DNA of 51,018 nucleotides from a virus (Duplodnaviria; Caudoviricetes): IMG/VR virus record IMGVR_UViG_3300020383_000002, positions 1 to 51,018 of that record; one strand, 5' to 3'. Shown piece by piece: positions 39,153 to 48,466 of this stretch (position 1 is its first letter; each line of letters starts with the position of its first letter). The notes under the pieces were generated by a model. It saw only the letters and a program-made list of their open reading frames with translations, ran no database searches and was not told where the DNA came from. The position numbers and the translations under genes were made by a program.

Positions 39153-41439
39153 CTACAACCATTGACCAACCCAAGAGCCTTAAATCTTTTTCAGGCTCTG
39201 AGGAGATTTTAAGAGAAAGAACTGTACCATGCCCTCGTAGCTTACTTTTGGTTTCGATAACCTCAAACCCGTTATCGAACTCATCAGCAGCACCTGTTGG
39301 CATATACAGACGTTTATACCTATACGCTTGGAAAGTACGTCCCCAGCGGTTAGAGGCAGCAGAGTTGGCCCAATTCCATTGAGCTTGTACTAAACAAGAA
39401 GACTCATTGTTAGCAGATAGATTACCTGTTCCGTCATCAGTGAAGCCGTCTTCTGTACGCCTGAAGAAGAACTTAATGTAAGGGACTTGCTTCTTACGTA
39501 AGAAGTCTCCTCCTGAGAGGTAGCCTGTTACGAGGAAAGCAGGGGCATCAATACCTGCTCCGTTTGCGCTAACCCAATCTCGGAAAGACTCGTCTCTATA
39601 AGTAGAGAAGGTATACTTCATAGGGGAAAGAGAAGTGAGAGTCACGTAGGCGATCTCACGAGAGCCACTTCCTCGGCTTCTGATTGGAGTAGTGACCTCC
39701 TCTCCCAAATAAACAACTTGCTCTCCATTATCTGTGATGTTCTCTTCAGTTTGATTCAGCCTGAACGGAGGAACTTCTACAGGGGAAGCCAGCCTAGGGA
39801 GGAGTGTTCCTGGAAGAGACTCAACAGAGCTAGTGTAAAAAGCTCCTAGCGTCATGTCCAAGACTAGCTCTTTTACAGACCCGCTATCTGAAGGTTGGTT
39901 ATTGTAAACCCACCTAACCTTCCTGTCATAGCTGTCATAAGCCCCTTGAGCGTAGTATTTCTCCACAGGAGGGATTTGGTCATACAAAGTTTGAATAGTT
40001 GTTTGTGTAAGATTCTGTGCTTGGTAGTCCCCAAATTGATCAGGAGCCACATGGTATATTGCATCATCTGCCCAGAACATAACAGTGTTGTCAATAAGAA
40101 CAACAGACCCTGGAGACTGCACTCCATGCTCACTAATCTTACGGCGCATATTGTTATTAGCAGAGAAGCCATAGTCAGAGCCGCCACTAACCATCCACAC
40201 CCCGTTCTCCGCCACTACCAACAAACCAGCTCCTACATTAACAAGAGCTTGAATGTTATAGGCACCGTCCACTTTGATAAAGCCCCCATCCGTATCTAAT
40301 AGGTCAGGGTTCTCTTTAGAGGTGGGGTCGCCTTCTTGGTAGCAAGCGTTAATATCCGACTGGTGCCTAACAAGTTGAGAATAGAAAATGTAGGAAGAGA
40401 GACGGGGACTGCGATTGTCTCCTCCTTCAACTTGTCCTGAAAATCCCCCGTACCAAACCCTTCCTGCATACTCTTGTACGCAAGACGGCCCCCCAGGTGT
40501 CCTGTCTTCAGGGAGAGAGGCAATAGGGGAAGTAAGTTCAGTGTAGTTTTGGTATAGCTTTTCTGCCTCTTGGAGACGGGAGGCTCCACGCTCCATTGCA
40601 TCTATAACAAAATAGCCCTTGGGGGCTGGGAAAGAACCAGGAGGATTGTTAATTAAGTCCCTACGAAAGAACTGATCTCCTGTCCTGTTCCTGTCATCGT
40701 TTGCATTAGGGTATAGCGCATAGTGGACGTTATCAGAGTTTGAGGGATAACCTGCACCCCCCTCTTGAAAATAAAGGATAGGGTCGTATGTGTCGGTAGT
40801 GTCGTCGCCCCTCTCCCTAGGGATGGCCCAAGTCTGATTACGGAGGTTATAGCAATGAGCGTCTGACAAAGAGGAGGGCCGAATAGTAACACCTTGCCCT
40901 TCTAATAAGTCCACTCCATCGGTCTTATCTTCTACGCCCCACAAGTCCCTAGTCTTCAGAGAAGCGGTAGTTTTTGTTACAGAAGCTCCGTCCCAAGATA
41001 AAATTTGAATATCTTTTTGGCCAGTAGCAATGACTAGGGTGCCATCTACGTTAGCGTAGGAGAATACACTACTGTCGTCATTAATTAAGTTTTCAGAGTA
41101 GACTTGTCCAGAAGACAGGGGGGATTGGTCAGGGTCAAAGATTTTTAACACAAGCCCTGTTTGGATGACCAAAAGGGTCTTCTCAGGAACACCTCCAGCA
41201 TTGTCCCAAGAGTATGTGGAAATAGCCAGATTACCTTCTGGGGCATTAATCTCTGTACTAACCTCTTGAAAGTCATCCTCGTAGTCCATTCCTAGACGAC
41301 GCTCCCGACTACCATCTCTTAGAAGGACAAAGTTCTCTTCGTCCAGAGAGGCATTGTCTGGAAAAGTTAAAGGGCTTGCTTCAGTGATAAGCCCTTTAAC
41401 AAACGTGTTTACCTCAACTGCCTGAACCTGTCTCGCCAT
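39133..41439 (-). CDS. Tail tubular protein B / nozzle
   Basis: Start MARQ; FVKGLITEASPLTFP..NF..DGSRERRLG; 768 aa. Confidence 0.8.
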   Translation of the reverse strand: MARQVQAVEVNTFVKGLITEASPLTFPDNASLDEENFVLLRDGSRERRLGMDYEDDFQEVSTEINAPEGNLAISTYSWDNAGGVPEKTLLVIQTGLVLKIFDPDQSPLSSGQVYSENLINDDSSVFSYANVDGTLVIATGQKDIQILSWDGASVTKTTASLKTRDLWGVEDKTDGVDLLEGQGVTIRPSSLSDAHCYNLRNQTWAIPRERGDDTTDTYDPILYFQEGGAGYPSNSDNVHYALYPNANDDRNRTGDQFFRRDLINNPPGSFPAPKGYFVIDAMERGASRLQEAEKLYQNYTELTSPIASLPEDRTPGGPSCVQEYAGRVWYGGFSGQVEGGDNRSPRLSSYIFYSQLVRHQSDINACYQEGDPTSKENPDLLDTDGGFIKVDGAYNIQALVNVGAGLLVVAENGVWMVSGGSDYGFSANNNMRRKISEHGVQSPGSVVLIDNTVMFWADDAIYHVAPDQFGDYQAQNLTQTTIQTLYDQIPPVEKYYAQGAYDSYDRKVRWVYNNQPSDSGSVKELVLDMTLGAFYTSSVESLPGTLLPRLASPVEVPPFRLNQTEENITDNGEQVVYLGEEVTTPIRSRGSGSREIAYVTLTSLSPMKYTFSTYRDESFRDWVSANGAGIDAPAFLVTGYLSGGDFLRKKQVPYIKFFFRRTEDGFTDDGTGNLSANNESSCLVQAQWNWANSAASNRWGRTFQAYRYKRLYMPTGAADEFDNGFEVIETKSKLRGHGTVLSLKISSEPEKDLRLLGWSMVVGANGNV

Positions 41440-41617
41440 TAGTCTTACCCCGTTGAGTCTTAGAAGCGGCATCAATAGCGTGCTGAGCTGCCCCATAACT
41501 CGTGTAACGGCCTTTCAGTTCTTTAGGGACAGAACCTTTTCCAAGAGGCTTGATGGTATACATGCCGAAGCTGCCGTCGTGTTGAATCTTGTAGCCTTTG
41601 TATTCAGTCAAATCCAT
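41414..41617 (-). CDS. Small hypothetical protein
   Basis: G.VP.EL.G.YTS..A..AID; coupled gene. Confidence 0.7.
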   Translation of the reverse strand: MDLTEYKGYKIQHDGSFGMYTIKPLGKGSVPKELKGRYTSYGAAQHAIDAASKTQRGKTNGETGSGS

Positions 41618-42408
41618 TAGTAGTCATTCCTTTCAAAAGTTGGGTCACGCCGGAACTTAACAGAATTCCGACCATAGTTGGGACTTTTAATACCACCCTT
41701 AACACGCCAGTCGTTTCGAGACAACCAACGTTGTTGACGCCGAGACTCCTGCTCTGCCTTCGGGTCTTCCATCTGCTTCAGGCGAAGCATAGCACGGCTC
41801 TTGGCCTCTTCTACAAGGGCGATGAAAGCCTCTGCTGGAAGATCAGGTACGAAGGTATCAACCATCTGCCATCCAGGCATAACATAGGCTTGCGCCTGCA
41901 CCTTAGACTCTTGAAGAGTGTCATCTACCTCAGAGTCATAAGAGTTGAACACTAGCGTCTTGTCGTCAAAGGAGGTGAAGTAAGTGGGGTTCTGGTTGTT
42001 ACGAATTAATAGCTCAATACCTGAAGGGTCAACAATAACATCAACAAAATCTGTGTCAGTGTTCTGAGCGTTAGTGATTTGCAGGAAGTGATCTGGCTCA
42101 CGCCACTCAACTGGACGATAGTAACGACGAGTATCGTTAGGTTTAGCGCAGTTGTAGTTCACACTGACAAGCCGTGTTACCCCGTCCTCAATGTACATGT
42201 GAGTAGGTAAGGCCAGGGAGCCTGAAGGTGTCAAAGACACTAGCTTCTTAAGGTGAGGCCAGTCACGAGTGGAGATGATGGAGAAGAAGGTGCTCTTGAT
42301 AATCTGTGCAACTTGCTCTGACTCAAAGGTGTCAAAGATAGAGTTGACATTATCACTATCCATATCGGATAGAATCTCCTGCGTCATCTCTAGGAGGGTG
42401 TATCTCAT
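41617..42408 (-). CDS. Tail tubular protein A / adaptor
   Basis: TLLEMTQEILSDMDSD.VNSI; position. Confidence 0.75.
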   Translation of the reverse strand: MRYTLLEMTQEILSDMDSDNVNSIFDTFESEQVAQIIKSTFFSIISTRDWPHLKKLVSLTPSGSLALPTHMYIEDGVTRLVSVNYNCAKPNDTRRYYRPVEWREPDHFLQITNAQNTDTDFVDVIVDPSGIELLIRNNQNPTYFTSFDDKTLVFNSYDSEVDDTLQESKVQAQAYVMPGWQMVDTFVPDLPAEAFIALVEEAKSRAMLRLKQMEDPKAEQESRRQQRWLSRNDWRVKGGIKSPNYGRNSVKFRRDPTFERNDY

Positions 42409-43079
42409 GCGAAGCTCCCCAAGTATACCATCTGGAAAGTTAAGTCTTCAATAGTGATGTCCGCTGTTTTATCTGCTGCAATAAATAACTTAACCTGATC
42501 TCCTGCGTTAAAATCGTGAATACCGTTAGCAGAAAGATTTGCTACTACTCCAGAGTTGCTAGTAGTCAACTTAGGGCCACGTCCCACAAAGAGTGTGTCG
42601 TTACGAACAAACTTGAGAGAGAACTTAGTAGTGGATACACTCGACTTAACACCACACCAGAAATCAATTAAGTATAAACCGCTCTGATCAATCTCAAGAT
42701 AGTTAGCGCCTTCTGTCATATTCTGAACAGACTCAAAAGACAGAGCCACATCGTATTCAACAAAATCAGAGTTAGTATTTAGAGTTGTGTCAGCAGCCGC
42801 AGTTACGTTCTTAGCCGTGGTGTTGTCGGTTAAATTCATTGTACCAAATGCAGAACCGGGAACAAGATCAGCAGAGAAGCCCCCAGCTCCGTCTGTTACA
42901 ATACGTCTCCCAGAAGGAGCAGTGTTACTAAGAGTCCCTTGGAGAGCGTTAGCATCCACCTTCTTCCACGTACCACTCCCTGTACCGTCAGAGATGTAGG
43001 TGGTGTCTACAGAAGCTGTACTAGCCCCTTTAGGTTCGTGCAATCCGCTCTCTGGAATGTTGGCATGCTCTATGGCCAT
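42405..43079 (-). CDS. Virion protein with beta-sandwich C-terminus
   Basis: LHEPKGASTA..DG.GSG.W N-terminus; GGAGG SD. Confidence 0.65.
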   Translation of the reverse strand: MAIEHANIPESGLHEPKGASTASVDTTYISDGTGSGTWKKVDANALQGTLSNTAPSGRRIVTDGAGGFSADLVPGSAFGTMNLTDNTTAKNVTAAADTTLNTNSDFVEYDVALSFESVQNMTEGANYLEIDQSGLYLIDFWCGVKSSVSTTKFSLKFVRNDTLFVGRGPKLTTSNSGVVANLSANGIHDFNAGDQVKLFIAADKTADITIEDLTFQMVYLGSFA

Positions 43080-43096
43080 TTAAACCTCCAGACAAT

Positions 43097-43130
43097 AAAA
43101 AAGGCCAAGCCGGTTTCCCGACCCAGCCTT
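43097..43130 (-). terminator. Intrinsic terminator after capsid/decoration genes
   Basis: AAGGCUGGGUCGG-GAAA-CCGGCUUGGCCUU-UUUU. Confidence 0.85.
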
Positions 43131-43201
43131 ATGATAGCCCTCGCGTAAGCCGACCGGGAACTCCCAATCCTAAAGCCAAGAGGCGAGGGGCGTATTACTA
43201 C

Positions 43202-43591
43202 TTACGCAATGTGACGGTAGTAAACAATCACAGAGCCAGCAGTGGGACCAGTAATAACAAGCTCACCGCCTACAGGGCCAATCACTAATGGGTCGGTTGT
43301 ACCACCAGAGGTTCCGCCTGCTCCAGTAATATCTGTACCGCCTACAGTAGCAGTGACTACAGCACCTGTTGCAAAGTCTGTAACAAGGTTAACCACATAA
43401 GAACCTTCAGGCAGGAACACCGGAAGATCAAGTGCATCGCCATCGAAGTTCATAGCAGCTTCAGTCTCTACGCCTTTAGCAGGGTAGACACCTTCAGCGT
43501 TACCAATTACACGAGGGCCATAGTGGTTGCTAACCGTAGAGTTTACGTTAGAACCATCGGCAGAGCCGAAGGCAGAAGTTTCGTAAGCCAT
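43202..43591 (-). CDS. Capsid decoration / minor head protein
   Basis: Directly follows capsid gene; 129 aa, Gly/Thr/Val-rich. Confidence 0.65.
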   Translation of the reverse strand: MAYETSAFGSADGSNVNSTVSNHYGPRVIGNAEGVYPAKGVETEAAMNFDGDALDLPVFLPEGSYVVNLVTDFATGAVVTATVGGTDITGAGGTSGGTTDPLVIGPVGGELVITGPTAGSVIVYYRHIA

Positions 43592-43600
43592 GATTATTCC

Positions 43601-44273
43601 TTAGTAGTTAGAAGCAGAAGTGATTAGGACGCCCAGAGTGTCTACACGCTGTACACCCATACCCCAGCGAGCACGTACTACGAACTCATCACGAGCACGG
43701 TCTTTGTTACGCTCACCTTCAGACTTGGGCATACGACGCCATGCAGCCATTACAGGCTTGGTTTGGTCATCAAGTACGCACATGAAGATGTTAGCAACAC
43801 CGTCAGTGACAGAGGTAGTGCCGTCAGAGAAAGTGCCACGAGGAAGACGATTGGACTGGATAATATCCCAACCAAACAGGCTCATAACAAAGCGCTGACC
43901 ACGAGCCAAACCTTCTTCCAGAATCTTCTGACCGAAAGGAGTCACATCATGGGTGATTGTTACCAGACGGTTAAGAGTAGCTTCAACAACAGGATCGCAG
44001 ATGAACACTCGGCCTTCAGCAGGTACGTTAGCTTTATCAAAAGCTAGACGCATCTGAATCAGGTGATCAAGAGCGAATACGTTGTTGGTTTCAGAAGAGG
44101 CAATGCGATGCGGGAAACCGTTAATGGTGTTAGGATCAGCATTAACTTGACCAGCTTGTGCAACTGTCAGGAAGCGAGTCTCAAAGTTCTCCTGGATGGC
44201 GCGGGTAGACTCAACAGAACGTTGTGTCATAAGCTGCTCAACCTGAGAACCGTCTTCACGGAGGTCATCAGTA
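43601..44273 (-). CDS. Major capsid protein exon 3 (spliced product 312 aa)
   Basis: TDDLREDG..F.KANVP.EGRVFI.DP..G.QR.DTLG. Confidence 0.9.
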
Positions 44274-45178
44274 CATTGGGTATTTCAACCCATCAGACTA
44301 TAACATCATCCTTTCGGATGCTTACGGATTTAGTCGTTGCGAGTGTCTCACAGAAGCTACGAAGGTCTTCATCAGTTGCTCCCAATCTCCGGGAGTGCTT
44401 ATTCTTACTGATAAAGTCGTAAGCTATTTCGAGTTGGGTTCTCTTAATCATAAGATGTTTTCCCAAGAACTCGTATAACTCCTGTACCTTAGATGGTGAT
44501 AAGTTAACGCGCCAGTTCGCAGTATTCCTTGTTTCAACTATGTTACCACCAAAAGATTCTTGGAGGAGCTTGACACCCGCTTGAGCGTGTATCCATGTTG
44601 AAACAGACAATCTGCATTCTAGAGAGCCTTTCTTATTAAGGCTTGCGCTAATGCAACCATCCCCGTCAATATACCCAGCAGCCCATCTACGTGAGGGCCG
44701 ATGCTTACAGGGAGTGTTATTCCGTCTAAGGTTTTTAATAACAGACTTGATTGCTTTAAGCTCTGTCTCATCTACAAACTTAGGCAAGGATAGTACGTAT
44801 TTTGCCAAGTCTTGTTTCAGAACCATGTGCTTAAAAGTATGCTCAAGCAGATTGCCGCCCTTCTTTCCTGATACCCTAATCTCATCTGTACCACGAGAGT
44901 TTCTATGTACTGTTAAATTATAGAAGCCAGCTATATCGTGGAGGAGATTACTCCGGTGAGGAAGTTGGGTTATACTGATAACAGGGTAGATTGCAAACCT
45001 ATCTCCAAACTTCTTAGCGTGGATTTGGATGCTACCATCTGCGTCAATAAAGCCTGCTGCATATTTGAAATCAATCATCATACTCTCCGTATGTGTATAA
45101 GTCTATCGAGACTTCTCTCTGGTTAGCCACTACAGCCTTCCAGTTATTTACCATAAGTTTTAAGTATGCTACAAACGA
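44274..45178 (-). mobile_element. Group I intron B (905 nt) in major capsid gene
   Basis: P1 GUAUGU|..GCAUAC with U.G; P3 CUUAUGG/CCGUAAG; P7 GACUA/UAGUC; P8 CAUCC-GAAA-GGAUG; P9 UGGGU/ACCCA; terminal G 44274. Confidence 0.92.
44293..45081 (-). CDS. Intron-encoded double-motif LAGLIDADG endonuclease
   Basis: YAAGFIDADGSI and WAAGYIDGDGCI. Confidence 0.9.
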   Translation of the reverse strand: MMIDFKYAAGFIDADGSIQIHAKKFGDRFAIYPVISITQLPHRSNLLHDIAGFYNLTVHRNSRGTDEIRVSGKKGGNLLEHTFKHMVLKQDLAKYVLSLPKFVDETELKAIKSVIKNLRRNNTPCKHRPSRRWAAGYIDGDGCISASLNKKGSLECRLSVSTWIHAQAGVKLLQESFGGNIVETRNTANWRVNLSPSKVQELYEFLGKHLMIKRTQLEIAYDFISKNKHSRRLGATDEDLRSFCETLATTKSVSIRKDDVIV

Positions 45179-45198
45179 ACATACCAAGCGTCGCCAAT
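45179..45198 (-). CDS. Major capsid protein 20-nt micro-exon 2 (IGDAWY-V)
   Basis: ATTGGCGACGCTTGGTATGT; needed for frame (246+20+673=939 nt). Confidence 0.85.
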
Positions 45199-45242
45199 CG
45201 ATCTTATGACGCTTTTACGACTACATTGGCTTAATGAATAAT
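45199..45242 (-). mobile_element. 44-nt core-less group-I-like mini-intron
   Basis: Starts after U, ends in G; guide GCCAAUGUAGUC pairs both exons; contains in-frame stop. Confidence 0.75.
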
Positions 45243-45488
45243 ATAGTCAGTCATCTGCATGGTTACTTCACCAGTTTCAATCGGTGCGTAAACCAGCGGA
45301 GTGTCTTCAGCAGCTTCTTGGATGGTTACAGAACCAACGGTCTTGATACGCAGAGTATCACCAGAACCGAAGTCAGATACGTTGCGGTAGAAGGACTCCG
45401 GCAGGAGGCCATCGTGGAGGTTCATCAGGATGAACTGAGAATAAACCTCGGACTCGATAAACGCACGAGTATTAGTTGTAACTTGCAT
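45243..45488 (-). CDS. Major capsid protein exon 1
   Basis: AAGGA SD; FIESEVYSQFIL..DFGSGDTLRIKTVG..TDY; follows scaffold. Confidence 0.9.
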
Positions 45489-45501
45489 TTTCTATTTTCC
45501 T

Positions 45502-46299
45502 TTAGTCAACTTGTACGCCCAAGCGTTCGTATGTCGCCTTCTGAACCTGTTTCAAGTAATCACGCTGATCAGCATACTTCGCCCCGCTTAATAGTGACTT
45601 CTCTGGGCGAGTTACTTCAGCAGTGTTCTTGGGGGTAACAGGAGGGATATTTACGCTTGAACTAGAGGGATGCCCTTGCGAGCTTGGTTGTTTAGCATTG
45701 AACAACGCGAGAACCATATCTGGACTCTCGGAGGCTAACTGACCCAGCTTAGTAGGAGTAATACCAAGGTCTTTAGCACGCTGTGCTACAACTTCCTTGG
45801 TCTTGTCTCCGTACATCTGGGAGATAGCTTGCTCGACTTTTTGAATGTTAGATTGGGCCGCTTGTGCCTTCTCACGCTCAGTCAAGCGCTGTTCCAGCAT
45901 TTCCTGAACTTGCTCTGGTGTCAATCCCTGAACCTCTTGTGGAGTTGGGGCTTGTTGACTTTGAGAAGTGAGCCGCTGGATCGTATCATCAAGACTACCA
46001 CGCTGCTCCAGTTCTGCTTTTAACCGCGTCAGTTCCTCTCTCAGCGATTCATTTTCTTGCTTGAGTTGTGGGATGTACTGTTGGGAATGTTGCAGGGCCT
46101 GGATGGCTGTAGGTACGTCTCGATACTTCGGCTCTCCACGTTCATTCTTGATTGATGCAAGCTGGTCGGCCCACATTGAATCTGATGACGCAGATGATGC
46201 TGGTTCCTGCGGAGTTTGAGACTCTGACGCAGGTTGTTGCTGTTGTGAAGTCTCCTGGGTAGGAGCTTGATCACTAAATACAGATGACTCGGTAGTCAT
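45502..46299 (-). CDS. Capsid scaffolding protein
   Basis: Low-complexity N-terminus, coiled coil; between portal and capsid. Confidence 0.8.
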   Translation of the reverse strand: MTTESSVFSDQAPTQETSQQQQPASESQTPQEPASSASSDSMWADQLASIKNERGEPKYRDVPTAIQALQHSQQYIPQLKQENESLREELTRLKAELEQRGSLDDTIQRLTSQSQQAPTPQEVQGLTPEQVQEMLEQRLTEREKAQAAQSNIQKVEQAISQMYGDKTKEVVAQRAKDLGITPTKLGQLASESPDMVLALFNAKQPSSQGHPSSSSVNIPPVTPKNTAEVTRPEKSLLSGAKYADQRDYLKQVQKATYERLGVQVD

Positions 46300-46323
46300 A
46301 AAATTCCTTGAATTAGTTTCTTA

Positions 46324-46443
46324 GGTATATACCTAGATTTAATCTGTTGGTTAGTAATAATAATTATAACCAACAGACATATACCTAGTATATATCTTAA
46401 GGGGGTATTATTATATACTAGAATTTGAGACAAAACCCAGAAA
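46324..46443. repeat. AT-rich element, copy 2 (upstream of scaffold)
   Basis: Co-linear similarity to 9835..9969. Confidence 0.85.
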
Positions 46444-46698
46444 TTATTTTTCTTTTTCTTCTAAAAGTTTAATAACATCATTCATAGCTCGCTCATAACC
46501 CCTTGAATCCGCTTGAAGAAGTGCCCAATTAGGACTTTCGTATAAATTTTCACTCTGACACGCTGTAATTTTAGCGTGAATCTTCCTTTCGAGCATCTCT
46601 TTTAAGCGTTTACGCATAACAACAGAGGAATTAAAACTCTTTCGTATCTCCTCTTTGCGTTCAGGGTCTTTAATGTAAGCTGTCCAGCTTGTCTTCAT
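46444..46698 (-). CDS. Small protein downstream of portal
   Basis: YESPNWA..QAD..GY.RA; coupled to portal stop. Confidence 0.75.
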   Translation of the reverse strand: MKTSWTAYIKDPERKEEIRKSFNSSVVMRKRLKEMLERKIHAKITACQSENLYESPNWALLQADSRGYERAMNDVIKLLEEKEK

Positions 46699-48458
46699 TA
46701 AATAGCACCCTCCGCAGGTGTATTCATCTGCATCTCAATGTCTTCTTGGGCTTGGTTCATCATTGATTGCGTCTCAGCTTGTTCACTGATTGCTACGTTA
46801 GGGCTGAATAGCTTGTAACCATGTAAGCCAACAACGTCATTGATGAACTTAGTCATCTCCTTACCCGAAGTATGAGGCATTACCATCTGACCTACAGGAG
46901 AGTTCATAATACCAATCAAGTTCTGGAGGTCTTGAGCTTGCTTAGCAAAGTGACGAGCGCCAATAGGACGGAGTTTACCAGACGCAGTAATGTCTTCTTT
47001 AGTGATTGTCTGAAAAGTCTCTACACCAAGTTCATCATCCATTACTCGAATAACATCTGAGCGTGACATATTCCGCTTAGAGGTTTCAAGCATAGAGTTA
47101 AGAACAGGTTCCAACAATTCAATCTCGAAGGTAGCGATCTTTTCTTGGAAGATGCGTCCAGCCGCTGTGGCTAGAGTTTGGACTTCTAAGGCTGTCTTCT
47201 CTCCAGGAGTACGTACCCCCATGGCTTCCCTCGGAGCGCCACTGTAGAGCTCCATACGGTCTTCTAGGGCCTGTATTTCATTAGACGCAGTGATAATGCC
47301 ATTCAGGTTCTGCCCCATCTCCTGAACATCACCGTTTTCGTCAATATGAATCTCTGCTCCTGGCCCCCATACAAACTGCTCTACTTCACCAATGATCTTA
47401 AGAGGCGGGTGAACAGTTAAGTCCATAGCGTCCGCTTTCAAGTTCTCTAGGTGATCAATACGATATTGCATACCTACGAGGTTATCTAGCGGCCCCATAG
47501 CCCACAGGTTATCAGAACGATAGCGCCATCCTACATGGTAGATTGGAGCATGGCCTAGCCAAGAAGGAATATCTTCTACCTTGATTGTATGGCTACGGTC
47601 TACAATGGTAATGACCTTATTGACCTCTAACTCACCTGTCTCGGAGTTATGATAGTCTCCGTAGAAAGTGAGGATTTCCATGTAGTCGCCCATGATATAT
47701 TCGTACATGGAGCCAAAGCCATCTGCTTGGAATCCGAGAGCCTTATCGAAGTCCTCCTTAGAATAGCCCCCTAGACGGCCTCTAAGCTCCTCTCTGTTGG
47801 CTAAAGCATCTAACCAGTAGGATTGGTCAGGGTCAGTCTGTGCGAGCCTCTTAAGCTCTCCTAGGGTCTTTACAGAGCGAACAATCTTAAAGGTGTCTTG
47901 GAAGTCTGTAGCCAAAGGATTGAACACAATGTCAAGGGGGCTGATACGAGTAATACGTGGGCCAATGTACGTAGGCACTACAGAGCCGTCTGGCATCTCT
48001 TTTACATTGTTTTCAAAGTGTACGCTTGCAAACGCATTACCGTAATCAATATAGTCATACAGCAGACGAGAAATCTCTGTACGAGAGCGGCTTTCCCTCA
48101 CCTTGTTACGAATGTAAGTTTCAATGGCCTTAGCTTTAGCCTTAGTACTGTCTTGCTGGGAATAGCCCTTCCAGCTTAGCCAGGAGTCGTTAGGGAAGAG
48201 AGCGCTGACATAGTTGGAGTGGAGGTTGTCCCGAATCTGACAGAGCTTAGGAAGCGTTGTAGAGTTCTTCCAGGGCAATGCTGAATTACTGGTCGATGTA
48301 GTATCTGTAGCGAAAATGTAATTACGTAATTCCAACCACTCGTGAATCTTCTCCTGACGCTGGTTGTTATACGTGTCCCATAGGTGAGCAATAAAGCCTG
48401 CTTCACCATCCTGAACAAACGCTTCTTGAATCTCTGCTACCTTCTTGTTGCCTGCCAT
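46698..48458 (-). CDS. Portal protein
   Basis: 586 aa after TerL; YGNAF, RISPLDIVFNP, GEKTA.EV. Confidence 0.88.
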   Translation of the reverse strand: MAGNKKVAEIQEAFVQDGEAGFIAHLWDTYNNQRQEKIHEWLELRNYIFATDTTSTSNSALPWKNSTTLPKLCQIRDNLHSNYVSALFPNDSWLSWKGYSQQDSTKAKAKAIETYIRNKVRESRSRTEISRLLYDYIDYGNAFASVHFENNVKEMPDGSVVPTYIGPRITRISPLDIVFNPLATDFQDTFKIVRSVKTLGELKRLAQTDPDQSYWLDALANREELRGRLGGYSKEDFDKALGFQADGFGSMYEYIMGDYMEILTFYGDYHNSETGELEVNKVITIVDRSHTIKVEDIPSWLGHAPIYHVGWRYRSDNLWAMGPLDNLVGMQYRIDHLENLKADAMDLTVHPPLKIIGEVEQFVWGPGAEIHIDENGDVQEMGQNLNGIITASNEIQALEDRMELYSGAPREAMGVRTPGEKTALEVQTLATAAGRIFQEKIATFEIELLEPVLNSMLETSKRNMSRSDVIRVMDDELGVETFQTITKEDITASGKLRPIGARHFAKQAQDLQNLIGIMNSPVGQMVMPHTSGKEMTKFINDVVGLHGYKLFSPNVAISEQAETQSMMNQAQEDIEMQMNTPAEGAI

Positions 48459-48466
48459 TATAACCT

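Noticed and set aside
45199-45242. T4 gene 60-type ribosomal bypass (AUU take-off and AUU landing) as the explanation for the insert
   Set aside because: Not excluded but disfavoured: the stop does not directly follow the take-off codon, and U.G P1, P10 and terminal G all fit splicing; the first AUU is explained as P1 extension
45231-45488. Capsid pseudogene or two separate capsid genes
   Set aside because: The gene is essential and precise excisions restore one frame
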